A stretch of DNA of 64,000 bases from Octopus vulgaris. Lineage: Eukaryota. Shown here in pieces: positions 54,024 through 64,000 of this stretch. A model generated the notes under the pieces. The model worked only from the letters and a program-made list of their open reading frames with translations. It ran no database searches and had not been told where the DNA came from. The stretch lies in contig OX597818.1 in the NCBI GenBank assembly GCA_951406725.2, positions 57,040,001 to 57,104,000 on the forward strand, given 5' to 3'. Position numbers and translations under genes: made by a program. Positions within the stretch are counted from its first letter, which is position 1; every line of letters begins with the position of its first letter.

Positions 54024-54038
54024 CTGACTGCATGTCTA

Positions 54039-54088
<50 letters not shown>

Positions 54089-54114
54089 AGACTGCATGTC
54101 TGTCTGTTTGTTTG

Positions 54115-54204
<90 letters not shown>

Positions 54205-54289
54205 CGTCCGTCCGTCCGTCCGTCCGTCCGTCCGTCCGTCCGTCCGTCCGTCCGTCTGTCTGTCTGTCTGTCCGTCCGTCCGTCCGTCC

Positions 54290-54321
<32 letters not shown>

Positions 54322-54421
54322 GGCCGTCCGTCCGTCCGTCCGTCCGTCCGTCCGTCCGTCTGTCTGTCTGTCTGTCTGTCTGACTGTCTGTCTGTCTATC
54401 TATCGATCTGTTTATCTGTCT
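53881..54421. repeat. Compound microsatellite (TG)-(TATG)-(TCTA)-(TCTG)-(TCCG)
   Basis: Read directly. Confidence 0.97.
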
Positions 54422-54864
54422 ACACGGTCCGAAATAAAAAAAAAACAAACAAAACAAAAAAAGGCACCCAAAGGAAGAGAAGAACAACAGACAGGGATAT
54501 TTTTCAGTTACTTAAGTCTATGGAATACATTTATACTATATTCCTTCAGATAAGCGTATAAATATTTGTGTGTGCGCGTGTATGGATATATATGAAAAAA
54601 AAACCCTCTTTGTATATGTATCTGTATGCATTACTTTTACACTTCACACGTACTTATAGCTGTACATATTTTCGAGTATCTCTCTTTTACTCTTTTACTT
54701 GTTTCAGTCATTTGACTGCGGCCATGCTGGAGCACTGCCTTTTAGTCGAGCAAATCGACCCCGGGACTTATTCTTTGTAAGCCCAGTACTTATTATATCG
54801 GTCTCTTTTGCCGAACCGCTAAGTGACGGGGACGTAAACACACCAGCATCGGTTGTCAAGCAAT

Positions 54865-55260
54865 AGAGAGAGAGAAGCACGCCGTCGGTTACGACGACGA
54901 GGGTTCCGGTTGATCCGAATCAACGGAACAGCCTCCTCGTGAAATTAACGTGTAAGTGGCTGAGCACTCCACAGACACGTGCACCCTTAACGTAGTTCTC
55001 GGGGATATTCAGCGTGATACAGAGAGTGACAAGGCCGGCCCCTTGAAATACAGGTACAACAGAAACAGGAAGTAAGAGTGAGAGAAAGTTGCAGTGAAAG
55101 AGTACAGCAGGGATCACCACCATACCCTGCCGGAGGATCGTGGAGCTTTTTTTAGGTGTTTTCGCTCAATAAACACTCACAACGCCCGGTCTGGGAATCG
55201 AAACCGCAATCCTATGACCGCGAGTCCGCTGCCCTAACCACTGGGCCATTGCGCCTCCAC
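54865..55260 (-). mobile_element. Full-length SINE (head C plus tail X) nested in a family-B SINE
   Basis: 11-bp TSD tgtcaagcaat at 54854-64 and 55261-71. Confidence 0.9.
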
Positions 55261-56606
55261 TGTCAAGCAATGCTAGGGGGACAAACACAAACACACAAAC
55301 ATATACACACACACTTATATATATATATATACATATATACGACAGGCTTCTTTCAGTTTCCGTCTACCAAATCCACTCACAAGGCGTTGGTCGGCCCGGG
55401 GCTATAGCAGAAGACACTTGCCCAAGATGCCACGCAGTGGGACTGAACCCGGAATCATGTGGTTGGTTAGCAAGCTACTTACCACACAGCCACTCCTGCG
55501 CCTATATTTATATTTTCGAGTACATCTATATTTTATACTTTAGATTTTATACTCTATATTTAATTATATCTCTGTATTACCATCATCTTATTATCCCGCT
55601 TGTGCTTCAAATCAATAGATAGTATATATATAAGTATTTCCAGATATTCCGTATGTAAGCGGCTTGGGTAGTCTTTATAGAAACCATCTAAACTTAATGA
55701 AGTAAAAGAAGCCGTATTAAACTGATTCTACAATAATAGTAATCTTTCTTTTAATGTTTATAATTGATACAAACACACTTTTTAGCTAATTTGGTTATGA
55801 TATCATTTTCTGGAACACTAAACTTTATTTCATTTTTATACAACATAACAATATTGTTTATAAACGTTTCCCCATCGTGCTCCTAATAAAAGTTTTCCCT
55901 TTATCAGCATCTCAAGTTTCTCAATTTCTTGCCCCTTTAACTGGTAATTAACATCATGATTTAAAGTCTACTCCTACCTGCCTCTTTTTTATAGACAGTT
56001 ACTTCTATCTAATTGACTCTTCCTAAAGTTTTTTTTCTTTTCTCTTGGGGGTGGGGGGAAGGGATACCTATGATAATATTTATAACCAATAGCTAGCCAT
56101 AAGCTGTCAACTCACGCTTGTTCTTTATTCTAAATATACACAGTCTTCTAATTTTAGAAGATTTTAGCAGATGATAAAGAGATAAATAAACTGGAAATGA
56201 ATAACAACCCTATGACCCCATTATGCTCCATGCTATTCCAAGAAATTGTAGTCTGTTTTTCTTAGCTACTTTTGCTACAATAGCGAAAGCATGAATTTCT
56301 TCCATCTTACTCTGTTAAAATATTTAGGAAAATTATATTAACGTGTCCTACCTGTTGAAATTCCACTTCGAGCTGTACCTAATTCAAATGAATCTTAATT
56401 ATTTCTTTTATATAATATATATATATATGATAGATAGTTAGCCACTACACACATTTTTTTCTCTCCTTGTTTTTTCTGTGTCCCTTTCTGTAGAAGAGCG
56501 TAGGCTCGAAACGTAAAAGACTTTTCTATTCCTGAGCGTTATACTAATACATCTGTTTGTTTTGTACACCACCTGCCCTCGTCTTTTGTTTTTTTTCGTA
56601 AACTCT

Positions 56607-56658
<52 letters not shown>

Positions 56659-57284
56659 GTGTATGTATAGTAGTGCGTGTAGATGAGGGTACTGAGGTGG
56701 GTGGTATGCAGAGCGTAGGCTCGAAACGTAAAAGACTTTTCTATTTTCCCGAGCGTCAAACTAATACACTTGCTTCTTGTTCCTACGTCTGTCTTCGTCT
56801 TTGTTTTTCTATAAATTTGAACTGCACACACACACACACATATATATATGTAGTTAAAAATCGTATAGGATACACCTGGTAGTTTGCCGGCAAAGCGCGT
56901 TCAGTAGCTTAGTGTTTGTTGAGTATTTGATTAATCAGAGTGACAGAAGATTGAAGATACAAGTATTTTTATTCACCACTACGATTGTTTCGACCCATCT
57001 AGCATCGATCCTCATACAAACATACATATACATACATGCGTGTGTGTTTGTGTGTGCATCTGTGTGTGGCCCAACACTTATTGACAACTGGTGTTGATTT
57101 GCTTATGTCCCCGTAACTTAGCGGTTCGGCAAGAGTGATCAAGAAGTACCAGATTTTAAAAAAAACACCCACTGGGGTCAATATGTTAGACTAAATCCTT
57201 TTACCTTTCGGTGGTTATCCTTTTTCTTCTTTTATTTTGGAAAAAAGAGAACATTTTGAACTTACCATTGGCACAAATGCCTAG

Positions 57285-57321
<37 letters not shown>

Positions 57322-57326
57322 TGTGT

Positions 57327-57374
<48 letters not shown>

Positions 57375-57952
57375 TTGTGTTTTGCGTAGGTTGAATAGTC
57401 CAGTTCCTTGACTTAGACCATCCATGTCTTCAACCAACAACCAGAAGCAATTTCTCTGCACTTTCTCCCATTTTCTCAATTCTTATCATCCATTTCAAAA
57501 TTTGTGTATTGAGCAACTGTAAGTAAATTAACCGCTCTTACCAAATTTTCCCCACAGATACTTCGACATTTCTTCCATTTTCGAGCATCTCTTGAACACG
57601 AATAGCTGTATGTTTGGTTCATTCTGTTTATTATTACTTGGCAGATGTACAATATTAATCTACAGCCATCTCCTCTAGCACGCCAAGTGTTATCTTCGTC
57701 ACCATACTCACTACCAAACCATAACCGTGTTTCGTTTACTGTATTTACTGACGGTTTTTTTAAAATACTTGAGGAAATTTTTTCTCCTATGTTATTTTAA
57801 TTAAAAATAATTTGATCTTTGTCCTGATATTTCCTCGCTAAGTTGTCAAATATCTCAAATTACAAACACGACTCTAAAGATTTGTTTTGCTAATCGCTTC
57901 CGACCGACCAAACATATTGATTGTACGTATGTCGAACTACGTTTGTAAAAAG

Positions 57953-58080
57953 CAACAACAACAACAACAACAACAACAACACACACATATATAAATATAT
58001 ACATGTATAAATATATATATATACTCACACACACACACACATATATATATACATATAAATATATCTATATCTATATATAT

Positions 58081-58122
<42 letters not shown>

Positions 58123-58181
58123 ATATATAAATATATACATGTATAAATATATATATATATACTCTCACACACACACACACG

Positions 58182-58234
<53 letters not shown>

Positions 58235-58326
58235 GTATATATACACACATATATATACACACATACATATATATATATTTATATATATATACATATACAG
58301 ACACACACATATATATACATATATAC

Positions 58327-58357
<31 letters not shown>

Positions 58358-58388
58358 CATATACACACACACACATATATATATATAT

Positions 58389-58465
<77 letters not shown>

Positions 58466-58667
58466 CACATATTCGTGTGTATTTAGACATATACGTATAT
58501 CTACACCTACGCCTATATAATTTCATATACGCAGACTCATATACACTTACATATTTAAGCATGTATGCATAGGCATACAGCTACACATTCATATACACGT
58601 TAACATATACACACGTACACAAATACGTAAACACACGCATATTCGGATGTACACTCATACTTTCATA

Positions 58668-58735
<68 letters not shown>

Positions 58736-58763
58736 TACACATACATACATTCACACACACACA
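57953..58763. repeat. Compound (CAA)/(TA)/(CA) microsatellite field
   Basis: Read directly. Confidence 0.95.
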
Positions 58764-61700
58764 CGTTATATTGATATTTATTATTATGTCTAGTTTATTC
58801 TTTTACTAGTTAGTCATTTGACTGCGGCCTTGCTGGAGCACCGCCTTTAGTCGAAGAAATCGACCACAGGACTTATTCTATCTGTCTCTTTTGCCGAACC
58901 GCTAAGTTACGGGGATGTAAACACACCAACATCGGCTGTGGGAGGACAAACACAAACACAAAAATACACAAATACATACGATGGGCTTCTTCCAGTTTCC
59001 GTCTACCAAATCCACTCACAAAGCTTTAATCGGACCGAGGATATAGAATAAGACACTTGCCCAAGGTGCCACGCAGTGGGACTGAACCTGAAACCATGTG
59101 GTTGGGCAGCAAGTATCTTACCACTCAGCCCGTCCTGCGTTATACATAAAAACACTAAAACTTCGATTATAAAACTTCGATTATTCGGTATGTATTAGTA
59201 CCGTATCACATTTTTACAGAGAAAAGGCTGACAGTGAGTTCGAAGTGTTGCCGTCTATGACATTCGAAAGCAGTCATCAATATACATATCATGCTGTTAT
59301 ATTTGGTATTATCGATCTAAAGGCGGCGAGGTGGCAGAAACGTTAGCACGCCGGGCGAAATGCGCAGCCGTATTTCGTCTGCCGTTACGTTCTGAGTTCA
59401 AATTCCGCCGAGGTCGACTTTGCCTTTCATCCTTTCGGGGTCGATTAATTAAGTACCAGTTACGCACTGGGGTCGATGTAATCGACTTAATAACTATGTC
59501 TGTCCTTGTTTGTTCCCTCTGTGTTTAGCCCTTTTGTGGGTAACAAAGAAATAGGTATTTCGTCTGCCGCTATGTTCTGAGTTCAAATTCCGCCGAGGTC
59601 GACTTTGCCTTTCAGCCTTTCGAGGTCGATTAAATAAGTACCAGTTATGCACTAGGGTTGATATAATCGACTTAATCCGTTTGTTTGTCCTTGTTTGTCC
59701 TCTGTGTTTAGCCCCCTGTGGGTAGTAAAGAAATAGGTATTTCGTCTACCGTTACGTTCTGAGTTCAAATTCCGCCGAGGTCGACTTTGCCTTTCATCCT
59801 TTCGGGGTCTCCGTTTGTCTGTCCTTGTTTGTCCCCTCTGTGTTTAGCCTCCTGAGGGTAGTAAAGAAATAATTATTATCGTTCCTTTCGGGGTCTCCGT
59901 TTGTCTGTCCTTGTTTGTCCCCTCTGTGTTTAGCCTCCTGAGGGTAGTAAAGAAATAATTATTATCGTTCTTAGCTATGGTTTAGCTTCGACAGTAATTC
60001 TTCTGTCTGATTAAATAAACATATTATTTGATTTTTTCTCTTTCCTTTTGGACATGTCGCTGCTTGCTCACACTTGCTTCTACAACATAAAATTCCTTTG
60101 ATTTTGTAAAGCAATAAAATTAAGTAATAGAGTCAATTATTGTTGTTGTCTCAACGAACAAATTTTTAATTTCCTGGAGTTTTCGCCGGAATAAAACTGG
60201 CACTCTGTCGGTTACGACGACGAGTTTTCCAGGGGATCCCATCAATGGAACAGCCTGTTCGTAATATTAACGTGAAAGTGGTTGAGGATTCCGCAGACGA
60301 GCGGAATCCTTAATGTAACTCTCAGGGAGTTTCAGCGTGTCACAGAATGATGTGATAAGGCTGGCCATTTTGAATTACTCCTACTACTCATTTTTGTCAG
60401 TTCTGTGAACTGCAGCAACGTGAATAAAATTGTCTTGCTCAAGTGCAAAATACGCCACCGAGAATCGAACCCGAACCACTAAGCCACGTGTCTTCACTTC
60501 ACAGGAATAACACTACCACTAGTAACAGTTGAATATATTCTTCATTATTGATAGTATATAAGGCGGCGACTGGCAGAATCGTTAGCACGTCGGGCGAAAT
60601 GCTTAGCAGTATTAGGTCTGCTGTTACGTTCTGAGTTCATATTCCGCCGAGGTCGACTTGGTCTTGCATCCTTTCGGGGTCGATAAATTAAGTACCAGTT
60701 ATGCACTGGGGTCGATATGGTCGACTTAATCCCTTTGTCTGTCCTTGTTTGTCCCCTCTGTGTTTAGCCCCTTGTGGGTAATAAAGAAATAGATATTTCG
60801 TCTGTCTTTACGTTCTGAGTTCAAATTCCGCCGAGGTCAACCTTGCCTTTCATCCTTTCGGGGTCGATAAATTAAGTACCAGTTACGCACTGGGGTCGAT
60901 GTAATCGACTTAATCCCTTTGTCTGTCCTTGTTTGTCCCCTCTATGTTTAGCCCCTTGTGGGTAGTAAAGAAATATATATTCTTTATTATTAATAGTTTA
61001 TAAAGCGGCGAGCTGGCAGAATCGTTAGCACGTCGGGCGAAATGCTTAGCAGTATTTCGTCTGCTGTTACGTTCTGAGTTCAAATTCCGCCGAGGTCGAC
61101 TTTGCCTCTCATCCTTTCGGGGTTGATAAATTAAGTACCAGTTACGCACTGGGGTCGATATGGTCGACTTAATCCGTCTATCTGTCCTTGTTTACTTCCT
61201 CTGTGTTTAGCCCCTTGTGGGTAGTAAAGAAATAGGTATTTCGTCTGTCTTAAAGGCGGCGAGCTGGCAGAAACGTTAGCACGCCGGGCGAAATGCTTTG
61301 TGGTATTTCGTCTGCCGCTACGTTCTGAGTTCAAATTCCGCCGAGGTTGACTTTGCCTTTCAGCCTTTCGGGGTCGATTAAATAAGTACTAGTTACGCAC
61401 TGGGGTCGATATAATCGACTTAATCCGTTTGTCTGTCCTTATTTGTCCTCTCTGTGTTTAGCTCCTTGTGAGTAGTAAAGAAATAGGTATTTCGTCGGCC
61501 GCTACGTTCTGAGTTCAAATGCTGCCGAGGTCGACTTTGCCTTTCATCCTTTCGGGGTCGATAAAATAAGTATCAGTTGAGCACCGGGGCGATGTAATCG
61601 ACTCATTCCCTGCCCCAAAATGGCTGCCTTAGTGGCAAAATTTGGAACCTTTATTATATTAAAAGTACGCATCCATCATTTAGTCTAAGTTCGATGGATG

Positions 61701-64000
61701 GACTTGACAACAGAAGGGCTGGTAGAATGACTATCATCGTCTTATTACGGCTCACTGCGTTCACAGTTCAAATCCCACCGCGGTCATCTTTGTCTTCTAT
61801 TCTTCAGGTATCAATAAAATAAAATATATCAAGTACAGACGTATAAATGACTAGGAACAATTTATTTATCTTTAAAGTATCATAAATAATAATGGAATTA
61901 TAAAAGAAGATACTTTAAAATTGGAAACTATTTTAAATCAAACAGATATTTATTTAGTTCGGTATTTTTAAAATGAGTGATATGTTTTTCTTCAAGTTTC
62001 GCTTCTTTATTTCAGAATTAAAATAATATTTCTTTGCATGCAATCTGTTATCAATTTACATACAAACTATGTCTGCAAGCTACTGTCCCTCATTCTATTC
62101 AAAGAAAAATTTTAATTTATTTTTCTGTTGAAACGACCGTCTCCTAAAAAAGCGTACTGATAGCTCGCCAGCCATTGCTATTAAAACTTTAGATAATTTA
62201 TCACAAAATAATTTACAAATTTCTGAGATGAGTACATACTGTAGATTTCGAGGCGAAATTTTAAAAATATGATAAAAATAAATTCATAGAAAAATATTTG
62301 TTCAAAAGAAACACGATATTTAAAAACACGAGACTATTTTGTTCATTTGCATGCCTAGATTTTGGCGCTAATGAAGTCTGGAAGCCTTGCATGCAACGTT
62401 TTGGTTATGTTTAGTGGCAGCCAGTTTTCAGCCATAAATCAATTACACGGAATTTCAATGGCTCTGCTATTAGAACCGGTGTCAAGGTCTTTTCAGTGAA
62501 AAGATATGGTTTTCAATAGACTTGGAATATTTTCGTCGTCTCTTTATTTAAAATCTGGGACATGCATGCCTTTTTGTCTCCGACCGAAACTTCACATCAT
62601 TTCAGAACTCAAACTTCCCCGAGAATAAGTCAGAACATAGAAATAAAATTTCACTATACTTAACGTAGTTGATTAAAGTTAGATGCACACTGTTTTTAAC
62701 AAAAGTTTACATTTTCTATAATTTTCTACCATGTTTATCAGCGATATTTGCCACCTACTTAATTCCGATAACGACTTTACTACGTATAAAAACCTATGCT
62801 TCTTTTGTAAACGAACACGAAAAATTCGACGCACCTGCATTTAGCAGGATGTCTTTGTGTTATGTGAGACATTATATAGCATACATACATTGACCATCAT
62901 GGTTTTGTGTTTTATATATATTCAGTTCAAAGGCGGCGAGCTGGCAGAAACGTTAGCAGTATTTCGTCTGCCGTTACGTTCTGAGTTCAAATTCCGCCGA
63001 GGTCGACTTTGCCTTTCATCCCTTTGGGGTCGATAAATTAAGTACCAGTTACGCACTGGGGTCGATATAATCGACTTAATCCCTTCGTCTGTCATTGTTT
63101 GTCTTCTCTGTGTTTAGCTCCTTGGGTAGTAAAGAAATAGGTATTTCGTCTGTCGTTACGTTCTGAGTTCAAATTCCGCCGAGGTCGACTTTGCCTTTCA
63201 TCCTTTCGGGGTCGATAAATAAAGTACCAGTTTCGCACTGGGGTCGATGTAATCGACTTAATCCGTTTTTCTGTCCTTGTTTGTCCCCTCTATGTTTAGC
63301 CCCTTGTGGGTAGTAAAGAAATATATATATATATATATATTCAGTTCATATATATTCAGTAATTTTGTTCTGAATTTTAAATGTATACTTAACAAATACA
63401 AAGATACTAATTATTGTCGTATGACGGAGCACAACGTAAGAGGAGACCTTATTTAGTATGTAAGCAATACAAATAAGGAATTCACCACAATTTAGGAATT
63501 CTGGTAAGATAGGTACAAATTGTAGTTTATATTAGGCTTATATGCGAAAGGAATTCTGTAAACAGTCCGAACGGTTTATCAGACGCGAGGTTTAGTTTCT
63601 GTTACCCAAGAGTTTGTGGAGGCGCGTGGCCCAGTGGTTACGGGTGTTGGACTCACGATCGCAAGATTGTAGTTTCGATTGCTGGACCGGGCGATGCATT
63701 GTGTTCTTGAGCAAAACACTTCATTTTATGTTGCTCCAGGCCACATTGTATGACGGACCTATGTTCCGTCCAGGGAGGAATATATACGCCAGAGAAACGG
63801 GGAAACCGGGGCTATGTTCCTTACAGAGTAATGTGGACTAATCAGTTGATCTAATTATGTTGTTTCACATGAAATGTCTCATTCTTAATTACTTGTTATT
63901 CCAGTAATTTAAAAACTCAATCAGGTATACCTTGCATTTATTTCGACTCTTATTCTCTCCCAACAAATATTGTTGAGATACAAAATTCGTATCCACAAAC

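Noticed and set aside
55620-56400. Possible very old PLE ORF (FNRVRWKKF on the minus strand)
   Set aside because: A single short motif is not enough support.

Overview
AT-rich, repeat-saturated eukaryotic DNA with no intact protein-coding gene. The SINE repertoire (tRNA-derived Meta-, CORE- and V-domain-like SINEs) and the dense (TA)n/(CA)n/(ATT)n/(TCTA)n microsatellites suggest a coleoid cephalopod, probably Octopus (inference). Nearly all ORFs in the track are microsatellite or SINE artefacts. Supported elements: dozens of SINE copies, decayed Penelope-like element (PLE) RT and GIY-YIG fragments, CR1-, R4- and L1/Tx1-like LINE fragments, an internally deleted mariner, Tc1/mariner-, hAT- and piggyBac-type MITEs, tandem non-autonomous Helitrons and a ~2-kb near-identical tandem duplication. 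The most striking signal is about ten minimal type-I hammerhead ribozyme (HHR) motifs from several sequence families, some with non-canonical cores (U3-A8, A6U, extra U). They lie in short elements embedded in (TA)n tracts, often with long fold-back arms; one intact motif and one decayed pair adjoin PLE coding remnants. Also notable: 183-bp SINE multimers with a fixed junction, head/tail shuffling among SINEs, a SINE tail shared with an L1/Tx1-like LINE, and a CpG-depletion boundary near 17.4 kb with candidate host exons. All calls were made by eye; no searches or folding programs were run.
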